This document shows, piece by piece, positions 49,680-61,800 of a stretch of DNA of 64,000 nucleotides. The translations under genes and the position numbers were made by a program. Under the pieces are notes generated by a model. It worked only from the letters and a program-made list of their open reading frames with translations. It searched no databases and had not been told where the DNA came from. Position 1 is the stretch's first letter; each line of letters opens with the position of its first letter. Source of the stretch: the human T2T-CHM13v2.0 reference genome, Homo sapiens. The stretch is from assembly GCF_009914755.1 (NCBI RefSeq), contig NC_060944.1. The stretch is one strand, 5' to 3'.

Positions 49680-50137
49680 TCTAAATTCATGTTATGTAGA
49701 CTGATTTTCATGGTTAAAATGTCCTGAATTGACTGTGATCTGTTGGGAGGTGGGATGGAGGAAACTGCTTATGGAAATTGAAGAAGAAAGGGAAGCACAC
49801 CAGAAGCAAGAAAGTGTCATCGATTTTTACATCAAAGACTCCATGGTAAAGAGAAAGAACAGGTAGCCTGTTTTTGTGGCTGATCATTGGACTGCAGACT
49901 GCACCTGCATCTACCAGGTTCTTCTGGATAGTCCTAGTTTTAAATTGTTGACCTGGCATTCATGAACACAGTGCTACTGGTCAGACCTTTGTCCAGGTTT
50001 AAGCTTCAGAAAATAAGGTCTTCATGCAGTGGGAGGCCTGGTTAGGGTATGATTCAGCCCTGGGGCATCTGTCCCTTCTGACCTGGAGGTAAACTTGGCA
50101 TCTACAATTTACCTCCACATTTGAACAGCCAAGAATG

Positions 50138-50278
50138 GGCTGAGCACAAAGGCTCACATCTGTAACTCCAACATTTTGGGAGGCCAAGGCAGAAGGATTG
50201 CTTGAGGCCAGGAGTTGTAGACCAGCCTGGGCAATATAGTGAGACCTTGTCTCTGTAAAAACAAACAAACAAACAAAA
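50138..50278 (+). mobile_element. Alu left monomer (FLAM/AluJ)
   Basis: ~130-bp monomer with AAAC tail. Confidence 0.8.
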
Positions 50279-50494
50279 CCAAGGATGGGTGGGTGGCAGG
50301 GAGCAGTTCAACATGGGAAACCATTAATCTGAGAGCTGGAAGGACCCTTAGACCAGCCCCCTATTAACAGATGAGACTCTGCCCTGGGATTATAGCCTAA
50401 GGTAATGTATTGAAGTTTTCTAGAGATTTGAAAATAAACAATCCTAAAACCCCCAAGCATACTGCTACTGTTTGCTATTGAATAGTGTTTTCTA

Positions 50495-50807
<313 letters not shown>

Positions 50808-51028
50808 CTACAAGTAAGGGGTTACTTTGTACTGGGAACTGGTGCAAAGGGATCCACCATGTGTCAGCTTTTGGATTGATGACAGTTATTTCCAGATCAT
50901 GGAGGTGGGAATGCTTGTTGATCATCTTCTGTGTTCTTTGTTATATTGATTGATTTTTTAAAAAATCTAGCATTTTTATAACAATGAAGTCATAAAAATA
51001 AGTAACTAAAATAAAGTAAAATAATCTA

Positions 51029-51335
<307 letters not shown>

Positions 51336-52300
51336 TCTAAATGTAATTGAGTTGAATATTTAAACTTTTAATTCACATTTCCAATTAGATTCTAATTCCA
51401 TTTAAAAGAGCATCTCATAGAAGCAAATGTACTCATTTATGTTAACTCTGTGGTTTCATTTAAGCAATTTGTTTTGTGAAGGGACACAAATCCAAGCAGA
51501 TTTTAACAGTGCATAAATACGTATTTATTAATTTAATTACAATGACAATACTCTCAACTCCCCATTTGAATATAGGAGAGCATCGGATCTGTGTTCTGGG
51601 ACAGCGTGCACTGTAGGTGTGTGGAAATACTGATGTCCTCAGCTGTGTGGCAGGCTCAGTGGAACCTGGAGTGCAGGAGCCCCTGGGCCATTCACCTCTG
51701 GCCACAAAAGTCATTGTTCATTTACCCCCAACTGCTATAGAAATATTATTTTCAGTGGTTGTTATGATGCAAAAGAAAAGATGCAGGGAGATTTATTAAA
51801 ACTTTACATATAAGTTATGTTAGTAAATAAAGTCTACTTTCTTCTGGCTTAACTAAAAATCTTTACTAGTATTTATGCATTTTGGAAAATAAAGATGCCA
51901 ATTTAAATATTATGAAGCAAAGCAATTGATTATTAGGTAAGACAGCCAGGTACAACTGCAGAATTGTAGAGGTTATGTGTTACATGTATAAGAATATTTC
52001 ATAGCAATAATCTTTTAAGACTATGTGAAGACACTCCACAGTGAAGCAGAAATTAGAACAGAATTAATAATACTGTGTATGCTCTCAGTTCACCAATTTA
52101 TCAAAACTAGCTTTATAATTCAGGAGACTGTCTGCTCTTTTGCAATTGGAAGAAAAGGAATAACATTTTATTTTTCAACTCTTTAGATTTTCTTCATTAA
52201 GAGTATTTCCAAAGCTAAGTAAGGGAGTTGCCAGTAGCACCAAGAGAAAAAAGCAGTCTTGAGCAGCTTTTAAAAAATGGTCTTAAAATATGGAAAATGG

Positions 52301-52676
52301 AGCCAGGTGTGGTGGCTCACTCTTGTGATCCCGGCACTTTGGGAGCTTGAGGTGGGAGGATTGCTTGAGGTCAAAAGTTTGAGACCAGCCTGGGCAGCAT
52401 AGCAAGATCCCCTTCGTTACAAAAAATAATATATTTTTTAAAAATTAGCTGGATGAGGTGGTGCATGCATTAGAGTCCCAATTACTTGGGAGGCTGAGGT
52501 AGGAGGGGTTCTTGAGCCCAGCAGTTCAAGTCTGCAGTGAGCTACGATTGCACCAGTCCTCAAGCCTGGGCAACAAAGTGAGACCCTGTCTCTCTCTCTC
52601 TCTATAAATATATACATATATATATATATAATATATATATCCATATATATATAGATATATATTATATATATATATT
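52301..52676 (+). mobile_element. AluJ with (CT)n/(TA)n tail
   Basis: J-type left arm; microsatellite 52589-52676. Confidence 0.85.
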
Positions 52677-52988
52677 AGTGCTGGCAAATATCAGTACTTT
52701 TATAAAGCTACAGCAATTAAGACAGTGTGGTCTTCACTGACAAAGTGACTAATGAAACAGAATAGAGAGTTCCCAAACAAATCTCCACAAATTTAATCTT
52801 TGATATGTGATGTAGGTGACATGGCAGTTCAGCAAAGAAAGAAAGGACTTTTCAATAAATAGAATAGAAAAATAATGGTTATTGATATAGGGAACAAAAT
52901 GAAATTATATTCCTGCCTCACTCTATATACAAACATTAAATTCCAGAGGACCACAGACTTACATGTCAGAAAGAAAACTTTAAAACTT

Positions 52989-54176
52989 TTAGTAGAAAAT
53001 GTAAGTGAATGAGACACAAAAAGCCATTTAACCATTAAAAAAGATTAGACATTTTGACTAACACAAAATTAAGAACTTTTTACATCAAAAAGTGGAAAGA
53101 TAGGCTGTGCACGGTGTCTCAATCCTGTAATCCCGACAGTACATCACCTGAGGTCAGGAGTTTGAGACCAGGCTGGCCAACATGGTGAAACCCCATCTCT
53201 CCTAAAAATACAAGAAATTAGCTTGGCCTTAGTGGCAGACACCTGTAATCCCAGCTACTTGGGAAGCTGAGGCACGAGAATCATCTGAACCCAGGAGGTG
53301 GAGGTTGCAGTGAGCCACTGCACTCCAGCCTGAATAACAGAGCTAGACTCTGTTTCAAAAAAAAAAAAAAGAAAAAGAAAAAGAAATTTAAAAATAAAAG
53401 TAAAAAAGTGAAAAGATAAACTATAAATTAGAAGATATTTGCAGTATCTAAAACCTATGAAAGATTCAAATCAGATCAACTAAGTATAAGGAGCTCCTAT
53501 GAATTAATTTTAAAAATAGCAACCCAACAGAAAATTGGGAAAAGACATCAATTAGGGATTTCACAAAAGAGAAAGCCCGCAAAATGTACAAAAAATTCTC
53601 AACTCATTAGTAATCAGGAAAATGCCAAGATACTACACATCTATTCTCCCCACAATTATTAAGAAGTTTGACAATACCAAATGTATTAGTCCACATTCAC
53701 ACTGGTAATAAAGACATACCTGAGACAGGGAAGAAAATGAGGCTTAATTGGATTTAGGGTTTCACATGGTTGAGGAGGCCTCAGAGTTATGGCAGCGGTT
53801 GAACAGCACTTCTTACATGGCAGCGGCAAGAGAATATGAAAAGGAGGCAAAAGAAGCAAAAGACGAAACCCCTAATAATCCCATCAGACCTTGTGAGATT
53901 TATCTACTATCACAAGAATAGCATGGGAAAGACCGGCCTCAAAGATTCAACTACCTCCCCCTGGTTCCCTCCCCGAACACGTGGGAATTCTGAGCAATAC
54001 AATTCAAGTTGAGATGCGGGTAGGGACATAGTCAAACCATATTTTTCCACTCCTGGCCCCTCCAAATCTCATGTCCTCTCCAAATCTCATTTCCTCACAT
54101 TTCAAAACTTATTAAGCCTTCCCAACAGTCCCCCAAAGTCTTAACTCATTTCAGCATTAAGCCAAATGTGCACTGT
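52989..54176 (-). repeat. Inverted paralogue of 33941-35110 (L1M, Alu 53103-53400, THE1 LTR 53682-54044, THE1 internal end)
   Basis: Collinear reverse-complement match, about 90% by eye, across three different repeat junctions. Confidence 0.95.
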
Positions 54177-55878
54177 CCACCGGGCACAAGCATGAACACC
54201 ACCGTTTGTTTCACTGTCACCCCATATGCCTCCGGTGACACACAATCACACCATCTGCTCTGGGATACACCAGTACCATGCCTGGCCACATGGTCTCCAC
54301 CTCGGATTCACCCCTGTTCCTGTTTGCACGTGTCCTGTAAAGCACTCTCAGCTTTCCAGAGGCCCAGAGCTTTTAGAAGCGGGGCACACTGCTCTTTCAA
54401 AGGAGGAGGGAGGCAGAGGGCTGATGGATCAGTGAATTTTCAGCTGACAACACGCCTTAAGACCCATGGTATCGATCTGTGCTGCAGCGAGGCCCTGCCT
54501 GCCACATCAGGTGTGGTGAGCCCATCCTATCTCACTTGGAAGGGGCCAAAATCGGATCTGAAGGGGAGTCCCGAGAACCCAGCAGGCGTCCTGAAGCTCT
54601 CCCTCCCTTGGTGGGAGTCGGCTCAAGGAGGTCCTGAGGACAGGACTCCTGTGGGTTTCGTGCTGGGACAGGACCCCCGCGGTCCCCTCTCAAACGCCAC
54701 CCCCAACTGGACCCCGGATCCAGCCTTCGCTGCAGCTGCAGCAGGAGACTCGCTGCCGCCGTGCAGCGGTGGACTTAATTAAAGGGGAGGCAGCCTGACT
54801 GCCAGGAGCCGAGAGCGAGTCGGCCCAGCCAATATGCATGCTCCAGACGCGAGCAGCTTCTCCTGTCAAAGTGCTTCCCACGGTTGTCTTAGAAACCGGT
54901 CCCCGAGGATTGGCAGAGCAGGAGCCCTCTGTGGCTGCTCTCTCACCCGAGGGTCATTCTCCCCAAGAGCAGAACCCCGCAGCCTCAGGGTTTGCCTGGG
55001 GGTGTGTTTTTCAATGCCTCTGCTGTATGAATCTGTGTGTGTCTTTGTGTGTGTGTGTGTGTGTGTGTGAGAATGTGTGTGTGTGTAACTCTCATTCTCT
55101 CTTCTCTCTTTGTCTCTTGGTCTCTGTGTGTTTCTTTCCCTCTCTCTGTCGGTTTGTGCGTGTGTGCCCGTCTGCGTGTGTGTCTTTGGCCGAATGCGCC
55201 CTGTGCACCACAGAGCAATTTCTCACATGTCGGCCTGCCTTTGGTGAGCCTTTTTCTGCGTCTCTGCCTGGGTCGTGAGGCCGGTTGTCAATCATCTTTG
55301 CCGCCGTGGATCCGCTTTGGGAGTGTGAAGGCCTGGCCCACGTGAGGAGACGCGTCGGTCCCAGAGCAATTGAAATCTCATCCCCATCGTGAGCGGCCTC
55401 TTTTCTAGGATCAAGATGAACACACTGCAGCCAAGGACAAGAGCCCCATAGGAGCTCTTTGTCCTGCAGGACAGGAGCAGACCCACGTCAGAGAAGATGG
55501 TTGTATCTTTTCACGGCTTTTCTCTGAGAAATGAAGCCACACTACGATACAGTCTGGAAGAGGAAGCCGGGAATGGGAGATGGCAGCAATCCCTGTCACT
55601 GGAACGCTGGCCTCTCTGGACAAGCCACCCTTTTGGAACCCGACCCCTTAGGCCCGTGGTGGTGGTATGGTGCTGTATCCTGCCTGGGCTCTGGGCTCTG
55701 GCCTCTGCTCCATCCTCCCTCTTGCTGTGCCTCCCCTGTTTCTCAGGGACCTGGATGCCTCTCGCTCTGGCCAAATGTCTTCAAAGAAGATGACCTCCCA
55801 GTCCATCAGGGAGACACTTCCTGGATATCCATGCCATGATTATTTCTCTCTCCAAACGTGTTTCTGCTTGATTTGGGA
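54177..55878 (-). repeat. SST1 macrosatellite, long-form partial unit (at least 1.7 kb)
   Basis: GC-rich with a TG/TC core (55025-55185) and GAGCTC at 55452-55457; inverted homology to 28233-29535; no internal repetition seen. Confidence 0.85.
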
Positions 55879-56278
55879 AGTTTTGAAACTCTCCTTTTGT
55901 AGAATCTGCAACTGGATATTTGGAGCGATTTGAGGCCTATGGTGGAAAAAGAAATATCTTCATATAAAAAATAGACAGAAGCATTCTCTGAAACTTCTTT
56001 GTGATGTGTGCATTCAACTCACAGAGTTGAACCTTCCTTTTGACAAGGTAGTTTTGAAACAGTCTTTTTGTAGTATCTGCAAGTGGATATTTGGAGTGCT
56101 TTGATGCCTATGGTGGAAAAGGAAATATCTTCACATAAAAACTAGACAGAAGCATTCTCAGAAACTTCTTTGTGATGTGTGCATTCAACTCACAGATTGG
56201 AAAGTTTGTTTTGATAGAGTAGTTATGAAACACTTCTTTTGTAGAATCTGTTATTGGATATTTGGAGATTTTTGAGGC

Positions 56279-56295
56279 TTTCGTTGGAAACGGGA
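56279..56295 (+). other. Intact CENP-B box
   Basis: TTTCGTTGGAAACGGGA. Confidence 0.92.
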
Positions 56296-57469
56296 ATATC
56301 TTCACATAAAAACTAGACAGAAGCATTCTCAGAAAGTTCTATATGATGTGTGCATTGCACTCACAGAGTTGAAACTTCAGTTTGATAGTGCAGTTTTGAA
56401 ACAGTCTTTTTGTAGAATTTGAAAGTGTTCATTTGGAGCGCTTTGTGGCCTATGGTGGAAAAGGAAATATCTTCATATAAAAACTAGACAGAAGCATTGT
56501 CAGAAACTTCTTTGCGATATGTGCATTCAACTTACAGAGTTGAACATTTCTTTTGATAGAGCAGTTTTGAAACCCTCCTTTTGTAGTATCTGATTGTGGA
56601 TATTTAGAACTCTTTGAGGCCTTCGTTGGAAACGGTATATCTTCACTTAAAAACTAGACCAAAGCATTCTCAGAAACATCTTTGTGATGTGTGCATTCAA
56701 CTCACAGGGTTGAAACTTTCTTTTGATACAGCAGTTTGAAACACTCATTTTGTAGAATCCACTTGTGGATATTTGGAGCTCTTTGAGGCCTTCGTTGGAA
56801 TTGGGATAACTTTACATAAAAACTAGACAGAAGCATTCTCAGAAACTGCTTTTTGATGTGTACATTCAACACACAGAGTTGAACCTTTCTTTTGATAGAG
56901 CAGTTTTGAAAGAGTCTTTTTGTAGAATCAGCAAGTGGATATTTGGAGTGATTTGAGGCCTGTGGTGGAAAAGGAAATACCTTCCTAAAAAAACTAGACA
57001 GAAGCATTCTCAGAAAGTTCTTTGTGATGTATGCGTTCAACTCCAGAGTTGAACCATTCTTTTGATAGAGCTGTTTTGAAACACTCTTTTTGTAGAATCT
57101 GAAAGTGTTCATTTGGAGCGCTTTGAGGCCTATGGTGGAAAAGGAAATATCTACACATGAAAAGTAGACACAAGCATTCTCAGAAACTTCTTTTTGATGT
57201 GTGCTTTCAACCCACAGAGTTGAACTTTGCTTTTGAGAGAGAAGTTTGAAACAGTCTTTTTGTAGAATCTGCAAGTGGATATTTGGAGCGATTTGAGGCC
57301 TTCATTTGAAACGGGATATCTTCACTTAAAAACTAGAATGAAGCATTCTCAGAAACTTCTTTGTGACGTGTGCATTCAATTCACAGAGTTGAACCTTTCT
57401 TTTGATAGAGCAGTTTTGAAACACTCCTTTTATAGAATCTGCTTGTGGATATTTGGAGTTCTTTGAGAA

Positions 57470-57486
57470 TTTCGTTGGAAACGGGA
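57470..57486 (+). other. Intact CENP-B box
   Basis: TTTCGTTGGAAACGGGA. Confidence 0.92.
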
Positions 57487-58832
57487 TATCTTCACATAAA
57501 AACTAGAGAGAAGCATTCTCAGAAACTGCTGTGTGTTGTGTGCATTCAACTCACACAGTTGAACCTTTCTTTTGATAGAGCAGTTTGAAACAGTCTTTTT
57601 GTAGAATCTGCAAGTGCTCATTTGGAGCGCTTTGAGGCCTATGGTGGAGAAGGAATTATCTTCACATAAAAACTAGAAAGAAGCATTCACAGAAACTTCT
57701 TTGAGATGTGTGCATTCAGCTCACAGAGCTGAACCTTCCTTTTGATGAAGCAGTTTCCAAACAGTCTTTTTGTAGAATCTGCAAGTGGATATTTGGAGTG
57801 ATATGCGGCCTATGGTGGAAAAGGAAATATCTTCACATAAAAACTAGTCAGAAGCATTCTGAGGAACTTCTTTGTGATGTGTGCATTCAACTAGTAAAGC
57901 TGAACCTTTATATTGATAGAGCAGTTTTGAAACACTCCTTTTGTAATATCTGGTAGTGGATATTTGGAGATTTTTGAGGCCAACGGTGGAAAAGGAAATA
58001 TCTTCACATAAAAAGTAGACAGGAGCATTCTGAGAAAGTTCTTTGTGATGCCTGCATTCAATTCACAGAGTTGAAACTTTCTTTTGATAGAGCAGTTTTG
58101 AAACACTCTTTTTGTAGAATCTGCAAGAGTTCATTTGGAGCGCTTTGAGGGCTATGGTGGAAAAGGAAATATCTTCACATACAAACTAGACAGAAGCATT
58201 CTCAGAAACTTCTTTGTGATGTGTGCACTCAACTCACAGAGTTGAGCCTTCTTTTTGATAGAGCAGTTTTGAAACAGTCTTTTTCTAGATTCTGCAGGTG
58301 GATATTTGGAGCGATTTGAGGTCTGTGGTGGAAAAGGTAATAACTTCACATTAAAATTAGAGAGAAGTATTCTCATAAACTGCTTTATGATGTGTGCATT
58401 CAACTCACAGCATTGAACCTTTCTTTTGTTAGCGCAGTTTTGAAACCTCTTTTTGTAGAATCTGCAGGTCTTCATATGGAGTGCTTTGAGGTCTATGGTG
58501 GAAAATGAAATAACTTCACATAAAAACTAGACAGAAGCATTCTCAGAAACTTCTTAGTGATGTGCACATTCAACTCACAGAGTTGAACCCTCCCTTTGAT
58601 AGAGCAGTTTTGAAACACTCCTTTTGTAGAAACAGCTTGTGGATATTTGGAGCTCCTTGAGGCCTTCGTTTGAAAAGGGATATCTTAAAATAAAAACGAG
58701 ACAGAACCATTCTCAGAAACTTCTTTGTGTTGTGTGCCTTCAAGTAACACAGTTGAACCTTTCTTTTGATAGAACAGTTTTGAAACACTCCTTTTGTAGA
58801 GTCTGCTAGTGGATATTTGGCGATTTTGAGGC

Positions 58833-58849
58833 CTTCGTTGGAAACGGGA
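58833..58849 (+). other. Intact CENP-B box
   Basis: CTTCGTTGGAAACGGGA. Confidence 0.92.
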
Positions 58850-61800
58850 GTATCTTCACATAAAAACTAGACAGAAGCATTCTCAGAAAACGCTTCGTGA
58901 TGTGTGCATTCAACTCACAGAGTTGAACCTTTCTTTTGATAGAGCAGCTTTGAAACACGCATTTTGTAGAATCTGCAAGTGTTCATTTGGAGGGCTTTGA
59001 GGCCTATCCTGAAAAAGGATGTGTCTTCACATAAAAACTAGACAGAAGCATTCTCAGAAAATTCTTTCTGATGTGTGCATTCAACACACAGAGTTGAACC
59101 TTCCTTTTGAGGGAACAATTTTGAAACACTGTTTGTAGAATATGGAAGTGGATGTTTGGAGCAATTTGAGGCCTATGGTGAAAAAGGAAGAATCTTCACA
59201 TAAAATCTACCCAGAAGCATTCTCAGAAACTTCCTTGGGATGTGTGCATTCACCTAACACAGTAGAACCTTTCTTTAGATAGAGCAGTTTTGGAACACTC
59301 TTTTTGTAGAATCTGCAAGTTGATATTTGGAGCACTTTGAGGCCTATGGTGAAAAAGGAAGTTATCTTCACATAAAAACTACACAGAAGCATTCCAAGAA
59401 ACTTCTTTGTGATGTTTGCATTCAAGTCAGAGAGTTGAACCATTCTTTTGATAGAGCAGTTTTCAAACACTATTTTTGTAGAATCTGCAAGTGGACATAT
59501 GGAGCGCTTTGAGGCCTGTGGTGATAAAGGAAATATCTTCACATAGAAACTACAAAGAAGCATTCTCACAAACTTCTTTGTGATGTGTGCATTCAACTCA
59601 TAGAGTTGAACATTTCTTTTCAAAGAGCAGTTATGAAACACACTTTTTGGAGAATCTGCAAGTGGAAATTTGGAGGGCTTTGAGGCCTGGGGTGAAAAAG
59701 GAAATATCTTCCCATAAAAACTACACAGAAGCATTCTCAGAAACTTCTTTGTGATGATTGCTTTCAACTCACACAGTTAAACATTACTTTTCATAGAGCA
59801 GTTTTGAAACACAATTTTTGCAGAATTTTCAAGTGGATATTTGGACCGCTTTGGGGCCTTCGTTGGAAGTGGGATATCTTCACATAAAAAGTAGACAGAA
59901 GCATTCTCAGAAACTTCTTTGTGATGTGGGCATTCAACTCACATAGTTGAACCTTTCTTTTGATAGAGCAGTTTAGAAACACTCCTTTAGTAGAATCTGT
60001 AAGTGGACATTCGGAGCGCTATGAGGCATATGGTGAAAATGGAAATATCTTCACATAAAAACTAGACAGAAGCATTCTCAGAAACTTCTTTGTGATGTGC
60101 GCATTCAACTCACAGAGTTGAACCTTTCTTTTGATAGAGCAGTTTTGAAACACTCATTTTGTAGAATCTGCAAGGGGACATTTGAAGCGCTTTGAAGACT
60201 AAGGTGAAAAAAGAAATATCTTCACATAAAAACTACACAGAAGCATTCTCAGAAACTTCTTTGTGATGTTTGCTTTCACCTCACAGAGTTTAACATTCCT
60301 TTTCATAGAGCAGTTTTGAAACACTCTTTTTCTAGAATTTGCAAGTAGATATTTGGACCGAAATGAGACCTTCATTGGAAAAGGGATATCTTCACAAAAA
60401 TTAGACAAAAGCATTCCCAGAAATTTCTTTGTGATGTGTGCATTCAACTCACAGAATTGTACCTTTCTTTTTATAGAGCAGTTTTGAAACACCCTTTTGT
60501 AGAATCTGCAAGTGGACATTTGTAGTGCTTTTAGGCCTGTGGTGAAGAAGGAAATGTCTTCACAAAAAACTAGACAGAAGAATTCTCAGAAACTTCATTG
60601 TGATGTGTGCATTCAACTCACAGAATTGAACCTTTCTTTTCATAGAGCAGTAATGAAACACTACTGTAGAATCTGCAAGTGGACATTTGGAGTGCTTTGA
60701 GGCCTGTGGTGAAAAAGGAAATATGTTCATATAATACTACCCAGAATCATTCTCAGAAACTTCTTTGTGATGTTTGCTTTCAACTCACAGAGTTGAACAT
60801 TCGTTTTCATAGAGCAGTTTTGAAACACTCTTTTTGTAGAATTTGCAAGTGGATATTTGGAACGCTTTGAGGCCTTCTTTGGAAACCTGATATCTTCACA
60901 AAAACTACACAGAAGCATTCTCAGAAACTTCTTTGTGATATGTGCACTCGACTTACAGAGTTGAACCGTTCTTTTGATAGAGGAGTTTAGAAACACACTT
61001 TTTATAGAATCTGCACGTGGACATTTGGAGCGCTTTGAGGCCTGTGGAGAAAAAGGAAATATCTTCACATAAAAACTACACAGAGGCATTCTCAGAAACT
61101 TCTTTGTGATGTTTGCTTTCCACTCACAGAGTTGAACATTCCTTTTCCTAGAGCAGTTTTGAAACATCCTTTTAGTAGAATTTGCAAGTGGATATTTGGA
61201 ACGCTTTGAGGCCTTCTTTGGAAATGGAATATCATCACAAAAACAAGACAGAAGAATTCCCAGAAACTTCTTTGTGATGTGTGCATTCAACTCTTTTTTT
61301 CTATAGAACAGTTTAGAAACACTCTTTTTGTGGCATCTGTAACTGGACTTTTGGAGTGCTTTGAGGTCTCAAGTGAAAAAGGAAATATCTTCACATAAAA
61401 GCTAGACAGAAGCATTCTCAGAAACTTCTTTGTGATGTTTGCATTCAACTCTCAGAGTTGAATATTCCTTTTCATAGAGCAGTTTTGAAACACACTTTTT
61501 GTAGAATCTGCAAGTGGACATTTGGAGCGCTTGGAGGACTATGGTGAAAAAGGAAATATCTTCACATAAAAACTACACAGAAGCATTCTCAGAAACTTCT
61601 TCTGATGTGTGCACTCAAGTCGCAGAGGTGAACCTTTCTTTTGATAGAACAGTTTTGAAACTCTCTTTTTATGGAATCTGCAAGTGGACATTTGGAGTGC
61701 TTTTTGGCCTTCGTTGGAAACTGGAATATCTTCACATAAACACTAGACAGAAGCATTCTCAGAAACATCTTTGTGATGTGTGCATTAAACTTACAGATTT

